Source of the DNA: a virus | Virus record (IMG/VR): IMGVR_UViG_3300018079_000003 | Span: 1-64,000 of that record | DNA length: 64,000 nucleotides | Direction: 5' to 3' (one strand) | Shown: piece by piece, positions 1-8,619 of the stretch | Numbering within the stretch: position 1 is the first letter of the stretch | How the letters are laid out: each line of letters starts with the position of its first letter | The notes under the pieces: generated by a model | Told to the model about the DNA's origin: nothing | What the model saw: the letters and a program-made list of their open reading frames with translations, nothing else | Databases searched by the model: none | Made by a program: the position numbers and the translations under genes

Positions 1-345
1 CCCCGGTCAGAATCCAGCGGACATGTCGTAATAACTTTCGCGCGCGTGTCCGTATCCCCGTCTTTAATCTCCACCGCGCCGATTTCAATATCAGAAACCG
101 TGAGAGTTACCGTATCTCCCCCCCGCTCCCAAGCCTACTATCTCTTTCAGCCGGCCAAGAATCTTCTTAAGAAGATTATGCTCCCCGTCCCCGCACCTAT
201 ACTCTGTTTCGTAATCGCAAGCCATTTTTAACCCACTGTTTAAACCGCAACCACCAACCCACTTTTTTGTCCACTTTTTTGTCCGCTTTTTTGCCCACCC
301 GCAAGTATAGGACGTTTATTTTAACCCGCTCTCGCAGAAAAAGAA

Positions 346-861
346 TCATATCGGGTGATCCCATTGAAACTTCAGCGCCAAGTCAACGGTAATTGCGGGC
401 GACCACGACATTTCATCGGGACGAACTTTAAACGAGTCTACGCGCTCTAACAAAGCCACCCCACCAACTGCCAAGCCGTCCATGCCAAATTCAGAGCAAA
501 AATATCTCGAATCCGACCGGCGCGGTTTAATCCCGCAAACAAAACAAATCACGCCCCAATAATCATATGGCGTGCCAAGTTCAGACTCACAAAAGACTCG
601 AACCGCCGCCGAATCAATTGGAACGCCGAGTTTAAACACAAAGGGCGTCACTCCCTTAGTGGATTTCAACGTAGTTTTACGCACCCCCTTGAACGGATAC
701 GCCTCATACACAATGCCGTCCTCAAACGCGATGGATACGTGCGCATATTTCGACCGGGAGAACCACCTAATTAAGGCGGCTCCAAACCCCTTACCGCGAT
801 AAAAATAAAGTCTCACGAACCTAGAATTTTCTTTTTCAACTGGTCGCGAGTTGGCACCCAA
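346..861 (-). CDS. Permuted papain-like / NlpC-P60-type amidase (YiiX/C92-like); candidate cell-wall hydrolase
   Basis: Motifs YAHVSI..G.VYEA (His region) and RYFCSEF (Cys region) are in the permuted order typical of the YiiX family. Last gene of the minus-strand arm. Confidence 0.4.
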   Translation of the reverse strand: MGANSRPVEKENSRFVRLYFYRGKGFGAALIRWFSRSKYAHVSIAFEDGIVYEAYPFKGVRKTTLKSTKGVTPFVFKLGVPIDSAAVRVFCESELGTPYDYWGVICFVCGIKPRRSDSRYFCSEFGMDGLAVGGVALLERVDSFKVRPDEMSWSPAITVDLALKFQWDHPI

Positions 862-1121
862 CCGTGCTCCACCGCCCGCAGAAGATTCATCTGTCGCTTT
901 GCCTTAGCGGGAGTCGTAGCCTTGGCTTTTACTCCGTGGGGGGACGCGACTCGCACCCTACCGCCGCCAATGGGTTTTGTTTTGTAAGGCATTGTTTATC
1001 TCCGTGTTGAAGAACCGCATGAGTCATATCCACTGTCCAACCAAATTTCACCCCTTCAATGTAGGGCATAAGATCAACAATATTGTCCGCAGGCAGATCG
1101 CTCATACATAAAAACAGTGCG

Positions 1122-2048
1122 CTATTTTGGACCAAAATGCGATGCGTAAGTTTGCGCTAAAGCGTCCTCCAAGCCCACCTGCGGTTGCCACCCCAAATCA
1201 AAAATTTTAGAGTTGTCCAATAATTTTTGCGGTGTTCCTGCGGGTTGGCTCGCGTCAAACTGAATGACTCCTTGATAGCCCACGGCGCGCGCGATAAAAT
1301 GTGCGATTTCATTTATGGAAAATTCCCGGCCGCTTCCGGTATTGATCGGCTCCGGGGCGTCGTAATCCTGCATCACCCGAAGTAACGCACGCGCCAGATC
1401 ATCAGAATAAAGTAATTCCCGCCGCGCCGTGCCCTCCCCCCATACAGTAAACGCCGGATCGCCCCGTAATTTCGCGTCATGCATCCGAGCCATCATGCCG
1501 GGAATAATATGCCCCGCCTCGCCGTCAAAAGTATCGTTTGGTCCAAAAAGATTACACGGCATTGCTGATACGAATTTACGCCCCCGCTCTCGGTAAAAAT
1601 ACTCACACAAAACCACTCCCGCGATTTTTGCTATCGCATACCCTCGATTTGTTTCTTCCAGCCGCCCTGACATTAAATATTCTTCCTTAATTGGTTGGCG
1701 GCAGTTTCTAGGATAAAGACAATTTGATCCCAGAAAAATCAATTTCTTTGCGCCATACGCCGCCGCGTTAAGAATTACATTCTGCTGTATCGCGAGGTTC
1801 TCACAAAGAAAATCCACCTGATGCGCGGCGTTATCTTTAATGCCCCCCACACGCGCCGCACACATGAAAACATACTCCGGGCGATACACCGAAAAAAACC
1901 ATTTTACCACAACTGGATCAGTGAGGTCCATCTCCTGTCGAGTCGCGGTAATCAGATGCTCGTGCCCTAATGACGCAAGCAACCGGACGAGCGCACTGCC
2001 CACGAGACCCCGGTGGCCTGCAATAAATATTTTAGATTGAATATTCAT
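1122..2048 (-). CDS. fcl: GDP-L-fucose synthase (GDP-4-keto-6-deoxy-D-mannose 3,5-epimerase/4-reductase)
   Basis: Collinear over its full length with E. coli Fcl/WcaG as recalled: [36 protein letters not shown]...RE.L..DD, FD.S.P.GTP.KLLD. Confidence 0.9.
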   Translation of the reverse strand: MNIQSKIFIAGHRGLVGSALVRLLASLGHEHLITATRQEMDLTDPVVVKWFFSVYRPEYVFMCAARVGGIKDNAAHQVDFLCENLAIQQNVILNAAAYGAKKLIFLGSNCLYPRNCRQPIKEEYLMSGRLEETNRGYAIAKIAGVVLCEYFYRERGRKFVSAMPCNLFGPNDTFDGEAGHIIPGMMARMHDAKLRGDPAFTVWGEGTARRELLYSDDLARALLRVMQDYDAPEPINTGSGREFSINEIAHFIARAVGYQGVIQFDASQPAGTPQKLLDNSKIFDLGWQPQVGLEDALAQTYASHFGPK

Positions 2049-2079
2049 TTCTTAATTCGACTTGCTTGAAATTGAATAT

Positions 2080-2766
2080 TCATCTAGGAATACAAATCAA
2101 CTCGTGTAGATTCGCATCATATCGGCGAACTTCCCGGCAATTATATTGAGACAAATGGCCTAGAATTGACCCGGCGGTAAACCCCAACGGCGCAAGGGCG
2201 GCGGTAAACACTTCGACATGAATGACTGGCTTGTATTTTGCAATTAAATCTTTTGCTCCCGCCAACACCAGTGGCTCCCAACCTTCCGCGTCGATCTTTA
2301 AAAAATCCACCCGCGAGAATCCCAGGCGGTCCAGCGCGACTGTGCGATGAAAACCATCTCGAACCAGGGGCCGTCCACCGAGATGCCATTGTGCCCGCTC
2401 GCATGCCTCCGGCCCAGTCGAGCATTGATACAACTCATCTGAACCCACTGCCGCCTGATAGCAATGGGCCTCGGGGCAATTATGCACCAAACAGAAAAAC
2501 GCATCAGATTGAGGTTCAAATGCATATACCTCGCATCCCCGGAGCAAAAACATATGAGTTGTGTCTCCGATAAACGCCCCCACGTCAATGACGACCTGCC
2601 CCGGCACTAGCGCCCGGACCTCCGGCAAGCCGGTAAAATCATCGTCCCAATCCAACCGGCCCGCCCGCAGGGCCGATGCCGATCCCCCAAGATCGTCTGC
2701 CAAAACAATCTTTCCCGTCTCGCCGATTGGTGTGGTCTTAGGGATTTGCATGTTTAAACACCACAT
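2080..2766 (-). CDS. FkbM-family SAM-dependent methyltransferase
   Basis: VIDVGAFIGDTT SAM-binding motif and VDFLKIDAEGWEPLVLAGA, the FkbM signature. The start may be the ATG at 2751. Confidence 0.75.
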   Translation of the reverse strand: MWCLNMQIPKTTPIGETGKIVLADDLGGSASALRAGRLDWDDDFTGLPEVRALVPGQVVIDVGAFIGDTTHMFLLRGCEVYAFEPQSDAFFCLVHNCPEAHCYQAAVGSDELYQCSTGPEACERAQWHLGGRPLVRDGFHRTVALDRLGFSRVDFLKIDAEGWEPLVLAGAKDLIAKYKPVIHVEVFTAALAPLGFTAGSILGHLSQYNCREVRRYDANLHELICIPR

Positions 2767-3460
2767 GGTCTTGTATGAGACCGTGCAATACCGCTGCGGT
2801 CTTTACCGAATGTATCATCACCCGCCCGTAGAGCCGCACCAACTTCGACATCTCCGCGAACCCACGCTCGCTGGCCGTTTCAAAACTCGCCCCAGTGAAA
2901 AAACTGAGGTGCGGATGCCCACTGCCGCACGCAAGCTGAAGCATGTAATGGTCAATGCACTCGGTGGGAAACGGCATCGGCCAGTCCTCCGGGTTTTGCC
3001 GGGTATGATACGACGTGGGCAACTGGCAATCCAGCATCGCCCGGATACTTTTTCTCGATAAGAAGTATGGCGGCTGACAAGCCAACTTTGGCAACAATGA
3101 CGGCGCAGGATTTGTGTCCACTACCTCATTGGACCAGATCGTATCTGGCGATTCATAACAATACCGAGGAATCTCCGGCGACAGGCAAACTGAGTCCGCG
3201 TCGTGGAAAAGAAAATGCGCGTGCGGGAACTTCAGCATCAGTTCGAGAAATTTCCGATGCCGCTCCAGGGTCTGCGGCCCGATCCAGCCTTTCAGGCCGT
3301 CTGAAAGACAAATACAGCCCGGCATCTGCATGATCGGCGCATCGACGGGTGAAAATATCGCTACCGGGCACTCATGGTGCCGATAGATCGGAAGGTTGTG
3401 CTCGACTTGGTGCGCGTCTCCTGCGTAGGCCGAAACCACTACGAGTGTGTTGGGATTCAT
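2738..3460 (-). CDS. Putative glycosyltransferase, tandem paralog A
   Basis: Clear paralog of 3457..4164 (MNPNTLVVVSAYAGD vs MNPDTLVAVSCYAGD; FLFHDADS vs FLFNDSDS; WSNEVV; PPYFLSR). The DxD-like motif is DAD. Confidence 0.4.
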   Translation of the reverse strand: MNPNTLVVVSAYAGDAHQVEHNLPIYRHHECPVAIFSPVDAPIMQMPGCICLSDGLKGWIGPQTLERHRKFLELMLKFPHAHFLFHDADSVCLSPEIPRYCYESPDTIWSNEVVDTNPAPSLLPKLACQPPYFLSRKSIRAMLDCQLPTSYHTRQNPEDWPMPFPTECIDHYMLQLACGSGHPHLSFFTGASFETASERGFAEMSKLVRLYGRVMIHSVKTAAVLHGLIQDHVVFKHANP

Positions 3461-4164
3461 GGATGCTCCTGCGCATAGGCCCGATGATGCGCCAGCAATC
3501 GGTGTAGGTGATCCGAGGATTTTACCGGATGCACAAACACCCGGCCATGATATCGAACTCGGCCCGACATTTCACCCCACGACTCCCCCCATGGCTCCCC
3601 CATGCGATTGACCTTTGTCCACGGTTCTCCCGCCTCTAAAAAATTTTTATGAAAAATCCCGGCTTCACACACTAATTGCAACATATAGTGATCAATATAC
3701 GGCGTAATAGGATGGATAACGATCCGATCTGCCACCCCCACCATTCGCTGTATCAACGCTCGGCTTAAAAAATACGGGGGCTGCATGGCAATCTTTGGTA
3801 ATGACGACGCATGTGGTCGCGGCTCAACTACTTCATTTGACCACACCACATCCGGGGAATCATAAACATACCTAGGAATTTCTGCGGATAAACACATCGA
3901 GTCCGAATCGTTAAACAGAAAATATTTGTGCGGATAGGTCAGCAATATCTCTAAATATTTGCGTTGCCGATCCAAGGAGTCCTGACCAATATACGCGCGT
4001 TTTCCAGCATGACGACAATCCCATCCCGGCAGGTCCACGGGAGAATCTTCGGGAGAAAATATCACTACGGGCGTCTGATGATGAACGTATGCCTCGATAT
4101 TCCCCGTCACTTGACCAACATCGCCCGCATAACAAGAAACTGCCACTAACGTATCGGGATTCAC
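3457..4164 (-). CDS. Putative glycosyltransferase, tandem paralog B
   Basis: Paralog of 2738..3460. I place the start at GTG 4164, which gives a GTGA overlap with the upstream stop and an N-terminus MNPDT matching the paralog. The ORF track extends to 4236. Confidence 0.4.
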   Translation of the reverse strand: MNPDTLVAVSCYAGDVGQVTGNIEAYVHHQTPVVIFSPEDSPVDLPGWDCRHAGKRAYIGQDSLDRQRKYLEILLTYPHKYFLFNDSDSMCLSAEIPRYVYDSPDVVWSNEVVEPRPHASSLPKIAMQPPYFLSRALIQRMVGVADRIVIHPITPYIDHYMLQLVCEAGIFHKNFLEAGEPWTKVNRMGEPWGESWGEMSGRVRYHGRVFVHPVKSSDHLHRLLAHHRAYAQEHP

Positions 4165-4676
4165 CGGGCGATTTGAATTTGAAACTGTTGAAAACCGTCT
4201 GACTCCGGGACCACCACCGATGCGACTTCCCGCCACTCGGCCCCAAGGGAGGACGCGCGCTGTATAATCACTACGCCGGACTGCATCTCCAAACGAAAAA
4301 AATTATGAACATCCGAGCGGTTCACATAAAATACCGAGCAAAACACCTCGACGCCGTCCCGCCAGCCGGAAATCTCCACCGCTCGGCCCCGGTAGAGTAG
4401 CGGAGGATCGGTAGGCAGACTTTCAATCCCGGCTGTATTCACGGCGGTGAGCGAAAAATATGTGCCCGCATCCACGCCGCTTAACTCCCCCGTCGTGCCG
4501 GTGAAAGACGCGATCCACACATTATTCGCGTAAAGCCGGTATTCCAAAAGGTCCGGCTCCGTGTTAGCGCGCCATGAAAAGCCTACCGTGTCGGCCCGAA
4601 CCATTAAAATGGAACAAATTAGTAGTATCTTAGCAATTAGCTTTTTCATAAATTGGTCGTGGGTGCCGTCGCTCAA
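4161..4676 (-). CDS. Secreted FN3-like domain protein
   Basis: N-terminal signal-like segment MKKLIAKILLICSILMVRA, then a fibronectin-III-like pattern (FSW..N.E.DL.EYRLY ... GTYFSLTAVNTAGIES). Confidence 0.45.
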   Translation of the reverse strand: MSDGTHDQFMKKLIAKILLICSILMVRADTVGFSWRANTEPDLLEYRLYANNVWIASFTGTTGELSGVDAGTYFSLTAVNTAGIESLPTDPPLLYRGRAVEISGWRDGVEVFCSVFYVNRSDVHNFFRLEMQSGVVIIQRASSLGAEWREVASVVVPESDGFQQFQIQIAR

Positions 4677-4763
4677 TTACGGCATCCCCCGGAACGCATC
4701 CGGTGCGCTAGCATTTGCGCCAACCCACGATAAAATTGGTCGTCAGAGAAGGCCCGCCCCACG

Positions 4764-4835
4764 TCGCGGGGGATGGAGTCGAACCATCCGCCTCTTGGTT
4801 ATGAGCCAAACGAGCTACCGCTGCTCCATCCCGCA
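4764..4835 (-). tRNA. tRNA with CAU anticodon (elongator Met, or Ile2 if lysidine-modified)
   Basis: Hand-folded cloverleaf: D stem GAGC/GCTC, anticodon stem TTTGG/CCAAG, loop CTCATAA, T stem GATGG/CCATC, T loop TTCGACT. The acceptor stem has a U1:G72 wobble and an A7:C66 mismatch. No CCA is encoded. Confidence 0.8.
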
Positions 4836-4886
4836 TAATAGCCCGCACCTAAACTCGCTCATTACAAACGGTGGGCGGGCCATAAA

Positions 4887-5246
4887 TTACTTCGACACGG
4901 ACACACGCCGCTTCGATTTGACAAGCGGTCGTTCCGCCAATGGAATCGACGGAGATACCGCTTCACGCACAACCGCCGACCGAACCGAAACCGTGCGGAC
5001 GCTGATCTTCAAATCCAACGAGGCATCCGGGTTGGTCGCCCCCTCAGCTTCAAAAATAATTTGATCGTGCGTGTCGCCGAGTTGCCATAACCTAAGAACT
5101 CCGGCCACATGCCGCAATGTCTCCACGAATCTTTCGTTGTTCGTATCAACCGATCCTGAAGACACGCCTAGGGCATTAGCTTTCGCTAAAATCTCATCCG
5201 CCACGTCGGCGAGCCGTCCCCCCGATATAATTTTCCAGTCGGCCAT
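4887..5246 (-). CDS. Hypothetical protein
   Basis: 119-aa ORF packed tightly with its neighbours. No motif recognised. Confidence 0.45.
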   Translation of the reverse strand: MADWKIISGGRLADVADEILAKANALGVSSGSVDTNNERFVETLRHVAGVLRLWQLGDTHDQIIFEAEGATNPDASLDLKISVRTVSVRSAVVREAVSPSIPLAERPLVKSKRRVSVSK

Positions 5247-5248
5247 AA

Positions 5249-5443
5249 TTAACTTTTTGAAGACTCTACCGAAACGTTTGTTTCGACTACGAGCGCGCTT
5301 TTGAGGATGTAATGTCCAACCACACGAGTCTCGCCAATTACCGCCGCATCCGAAGCGTCAGTGTGCGCACTTAAAAATTCATCTTCCGTGCCTTCGTCCT
5401 CCTTGGTGACAAATAACTCCTTTGGAAAACTATATTTCGCCAT
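5249..5443 (-). CDS. Hypothetical acidic protein
   Basis: 64-aa ORF with 2-nt gaps to both neighbours. Confidence 0.4.
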   Translation of the reverse strand: MAKYSFPKELFVTKEDEGTEDEFLSAHTDASDAAVIGETRVVGHYILKSALVVETNVSVESSKS

Positions 5444-5445
5444 AA

Positions 5446-5571
5446 TTAGACTTTGTTTTCATCGACCCATTTATCGACTGCCGCCTTTTTCTTCGGATTC
5501 GCCCGAAAGAAAAAGTAGCTCACCACGCCGCCAATGACGGCACCAACACCAAACGCAATTACAAGCTCCAT
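5446..5571 (-). CDS. Small membrane protein (41 aa)
   Basis: MELVIAFGVGAVIGGVVSYFFF is one TM helix followed by a basic tail. The internal ATG at 5571 lies 9 nt after a CCACTGTTTCTT motif, so I prefer it to the track start at 5697. Confidence 0.4.
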   Translation of the reverse strand: MELVIAFGVGAVIGGVVSYFFFRANPKKKAAVDKWVDENKV

Positions 5572-5575
5572 AACA

Positions 5576-5609
5576 AAGAAACAGTGGACTGGATTGCGGC
5601 AATTGGCCA
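5576..5609 (-). promoter_or_regulatory. CCACTGTTTCTT motif copy (candidate phage-specific promoter)
   Basis: Minus strand reads TGGCCA-N17-CACTGT-TTCTTTGTT-ATG. The 12-mer (5576..5587) is identical to three other copies. Confidence 0.45.
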
Positions 5610-6800
5610 CATTAAAATTTTTATTTTTTCCTTCGCCCGCGTGGAGTTGATGAACAAATCCTTGGTCCACGACTCTTGGTTCCCCGCACAGTTGCACTGA
5701 ACTTGGCAGCTTTGTTCGCTCATATTTTTATTGGATGATTACGACTTTCGATCCGGGAGGCAGGACTACCCAGTGGTCGGTATCGAATCGACGACCCGCC
5801 CCGGCTTGTTTTGGCCCACACGCATGCCTGCGCATGTATACAAAGCGGATCGCCACACTGGCGAATCGACCAGAGCCGACATATTACCAGAAAAATATTC
5901 GGCTGTCAAGTGTTCCAACCTTTATATTTCGTGTAGGCGGCTCATGCTTGGTCCTACGGCGAAACGCGGTAGGACCATGCGACGTTTTCACACGCGCGCA
6001 AATACTTACGCCGCGAAAGACATTTTTCTTCCCACACTCTCGTGCCGGGCCGTCCGTTCCATCGTTGGAACGTGTAGCGCCGGAAAGTCAGACCGAAAAT
6101 TTTGACCGCTTCCAAAACCAAGCAGGCTTTATCGCCAAAAGGATTAAGCCAACCGTCGAGCGGATAGGGGATTTCTGTGCGTGCGTATTTCATAAAATAG
6201 TTGCCATATTTTTGACCAAATTACACCAACACCCCTCGATGTCAAATTTTTATATTTTTCGATCCCGATTTTTTGTATCTCGAAAGGGTCAATAAGCAAA
6301 GACGCCGGGATTACGGTCACTCTAAGCCGAGTTCATATCGCGGTTTGGCTACAGTCCGCCTAATTGCGCTTCTGAATCCCCACCGTCGCGAATTCGGTCC
6401 CACTCGAGCGGCGTCATAGAAGTAGTGGACCGCGCCGAGCGGTTTTACCACTTCGATCTCGATTTTTCGTATCTCGAAACTGTCACTGAGCGAAGATGCC
6501 CCGGCAAAAACCCCCGAAGGCACTTTCAAAATTGCGGATCGGGCTATTTTGGCGGAAGTCGTTGAGTATCAGGACGTTACGACGAATCGGCGATTCGTCG
6601 GACAGCCGTTCTGAAGAAGGGGTTGCGGATTTTTGGCTTGACGCCGGAACGCCCTAATGGCGTTTGGCGGGACGTTAACGTTAACGTTATAAAGCTCGCC
6701 GGGACTCGGATCGCCCTTTCGCTTACGGGCACCCCGGACGTAGGACATAAATTAAGTAAATCCCCTAGTTTTCCTTCCGTAGATATTCATGTCGAATTAT

Positions 6801-6829
6801 TTGACTGTTTAAACAGTTTATGCGATAGT
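6801..6829 (+). promoter_or_regulatory. Sigma70-type promoter, leaderless configuration
   Basis: TTGACT-N17-GATAGT, with ATG 6835 five nt after the -10. The spacer begins with GTTTAAAC. Confidence 0.55.
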
Positions 6830-6834
6830 GCGGT

Positions 6835-7086
6835 ATGAAAAAGATATCACAATACACTGACAGCGGAGGGGGTAACGGAGTAATTGACTATCCAGTGAAC
6901 GAATACGTGGTGCTGGGAAATCGGCTATTTCGTAAAATTGGAATGCAAAAAGTGCCGGTTCAGTGTCACTGGTTTACTAACAAGGAAGGCTCCTGTTTAA
7001 TGGACCAGTGGGGTTTCACGCATCAGATTGACTATCCGGTGAACGATTTGACAACGTTTAAACCATCTGATAATATAACAATATGA
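6835..7086 (+). CDS. Early hypothetical protein (cassette A)
   Basis: 83-aa ORF with an internal IDYPVN repeat. Its N-terminus MKKISQYTD is shared with 8364..8525. ATGA overlap with the next gene. Confidence 0.5.
   Translation: MKKISQYTDSGGGNGVIDYPVNEYVVLGNRLFRKIGMQKVPVQCHWFTNKEGSCLMDQWGFTHQIDYPVNDLTTFKPSDNITI
7048..7076 (+). promoter_or_regulatory. Sigma70-type promoter, leaderless configuration
   Basis: TTGACA-N17-TAATAT, with ATG 7083 six nt after the -10. It is embedded in the 3' end of the preceding ORF. Confidence 0.65.
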
Positions 7087-7361
7087 CATACAACCAAGCT
7101 GAAAAACTCGGAAACCGCCAAGATTTTATTCGCGAGTATGCTGCCGCCATGAAGGCGGATTGCGACTCGGGCAAGCACGCCTACATTATCCCGGCAGATG
7201 GATGGGAAGGGCTTGCGGCCCGGATGGTAGCGTCGATTCTTGTTGGACGGGCGCACGTTTCGGACGTTGCGAAGAAAATCGCCAAGAAGTTTGGGGCTAG
7301 GCCAACCGTGGCCGGGGTCACCGAATTGCTAAAGGGCCTGCCGGAAGCGGGCGGGCGGTAA
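7083..7361 (+). CDS. Early hypothetical protein (cassette B)
   Basis: 92 aa. N-terminus MTYNQAEKLGN is shared with 7693..8037. Confidence 0.55.
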   Translation: MTYNQAEKLGNRQDFIREYAAAMKADCDSGKHAYIIPADGWEGLAARMVASILVGRAHVSDVAKKIAKKFGARPTVAGVTELLKGLPEAGGR

Positions 7362-7407
7362 AATAAATTTGACAACCCAATCAAAAAAAATCTACTGAAA
7401 GGATCAA

Positions 7408-7650
7408 ATGAAAATCGAAATTACAGGCGCGATGGTGAATATCCACAAAGAGGAATCGGACAAACGGTTCAAAAACGATTCGCAGTTCTTTTATGCGTTG
7501 CGTAACGCACTTCGGGCGCAAGGCCGCGATGAGCGGAGCGCGGGCCTGTATTGCATGCATGACCGCAATAGGAATGGGTCTGTAAATTTTCGATGTGGTC
7601 GCGCATACAATAAGGATGGGTCTGTAAATTTTCGATTGGAACGGCAATAA
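7408..7650 (+). CDS. Early hypothetical protein (cassette C)
   Basis: 80 aa. Paralog of 8068..8367 (MKIEITGAMV..KEESDKRF..DSQFFYALRNALRAQGRD). AAAGGA SD-like sequence 5 nt upstream. Confidence 0.6.
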   Translation: MKIEITGAMVNIHKEESDKRFKNDSQFFYALRNALRAQGRDERSAGLYCMHDRNRNGSVNFRCGRAYNKDGSVNFRLERQ

Positions 7651-7657
7651 TAAAAAT

Positions 7658-7686
7658 TTGACAACGTTTAAACAATCTGATACTAT
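7658..7686 (+). promoter_or_regulatory. Sigma70-type promoter, leaderless configuration
   Basis: TTGACA-N17-TACTAT, with ATG 7693 six nt after the -10. Near-duplicate of 7048..7076. Confidence 0.65.
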
Positions 7687-7692
7687 AACAAT

Positions 7693-8037
7693 ATGACATA
7701 CAACCAAGCAATCGAAAAACTCGGAAACCGTGAGCAGAAAAAGATCGCTAACAATACCTACCTTTGCCGAAGGCAGGATGGGGCAGTGGCGGTCCGGCTG
7801 CATGCGACAGACATCCTGACCTTCCGGCCTGATGGTAGTGTGGTTCTTACCACTGGCGGCTGGCGTTCGGTGACCACCAAGGCGCGCTTGAACGCCTACT
7901 GCCCCATCGGGCGCGGGATTGGCCAACGGGCCGGCGTGTGGTATCACGGCTCAACTAAGGTTGAAATGATGGAAGGCGACCGCATCAATGAAGCCACGGG
8001 CGCAGTTTGGCGCACGGACGGCACCGTGGTGCTTTAA
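7693..8037 (+). CDS. Early hypothetical protein (cassette B')
   Basis: 114 aa. Shares promoter and N-terminus with 7083..7361, then diverges. Confidence 0.55.
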   Translation: MTYNQAIEKLGNREQKKIANNTYLCRRQDGAVAVRLHATDILTFRPDGSVVLTTGGWRSVTTKARLNAYCPIGRGIGQRAGVWYHGSTKVEMMEGDRINEATGAVWRTDGTVVL

Positions 8038-8067
8038 TTGGCTCGGCCATATTACTGAAAGGATCAA

Positions 8068-8367
8068 ATGAAAATTGAAATTATAGGCGCGAGGGTGATT
8101 GTCCGCAAAGAGGAATCGGACAAACGGTTCCGAAGTGATTCGCAGTTCTTCTATGCGCTGCGCAACGCATTGCGCGCGCAAGGCCGCGACGTGATTAAGA
8201 AGCTGATGGCCAAGGATGGTCACATGGTCAGCGCGGGTGTTTACTACATCCGCGACCGCAAAGGCGCGTATGCAATTCATGACCAAAACTATCAGATTGC
8301 TAGCGCGGCAGAAGACTTTAATAAGGATGGATTCGTAAATCTCAGACTTGAGCGATTGTCGGCATGA
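8068..8367 (+). CDS. Early hypothetical protein (cassette C')
   Basis: 99 aa. Paralog of 7408..7650 with the same ACTGAAAGGATCAA upstream sequence. Confidence 0.6.
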   Translation: MKIEIIGARVIVRKEESDKRFRSDSQFFYALRNALRAQGRDVIKKLMAKDGHMVSAGVYYIRDRKGAYAIHDQNYQIASAAEDFNKDGFVNLRLERLSA

Positions 8368-8525
8368 AAGAATCACAATACACTGATAAATATTTTATTC
8401 GGGACGGCATTCAAATCGCAATGATCGTCGATGAAGTGGCGCGCGATTACGCCCGGTGTTCGGCTTCGGATGCGGTAAAGGCGAGCTATGATGCGGCCCG
8501 GCAATCCGCAAGTGCGGTTCTATAG
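8364..8525 (+). CDS. Small early protein (53 aa, cassette A')
   Basis: Hand-translated and below the ORF-track cutoff. ATGA overlap with 8068..8367. N-terminus MKESQYTD resembles that of 6835..7086. Confidence 0.4.
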   Translation: MKESQYTDKYFIRDGIQIAMIVDEVARDYARCSASDAVKASYDAARQSASAVL

Positions 8526-8552
8526 TCCGACTTGTCCCAACCCCCGAAACTT

Positions 8553-8580
8553 AGCCCGGCCTGAGAAGCCGGGCTTTTTG
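8553..8580 (+). terminator. Rho-independent terminator
   Basis: AGCCCGGC-ctgagaa-GCCGGGCT followed by TTTTT, at the convergence with the minus-strand genes. Confidence 0.7.
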
Positions 8581-8619
8581 CTGTCCGTAAAATTCATCGT
8601 GTGGTCAACTTCCCAAAAC

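Noticed and set aside
259-294. Tandem 12-nt repeats considered as a CRISPR array.
   Set aside because: The units abut with no spacers and are only 12 nt long. There are no CRISPR-like repeat-spacer arrays anywhere in the window.
2141-3371. Multiple 70-170-aa ORFs overlapping the fcl, FkbM and GT genes on both strands (for example 2141..2425, 2238..2573, 2561..3061, 3067..3333).
   Set aside because: They are shadow ORFs within well-supported genes in GC-rich DNA, with no independent support.
4561-5064. 167-aa plus-strand ORF spanning the tRNA region.
   Set aside because: It runs antisense through a well-folded tRNA and through 4887..5246, and its composition looks non-coding.
5735-6295. 186-aa plus-strand ORF and short minus-strand ORFs (5954..6193, 6317..6529) in the 1.2-kb gap; considered as a possible integrase or repressor remnant next to the tRNA.
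   Set aside because: No recombinase or HTH motif is recognisable, the composition is Arg/Ser/Pro-heavy, and there is no start context. I treat the region as non-coding or decayed until a homology search says otherwise.
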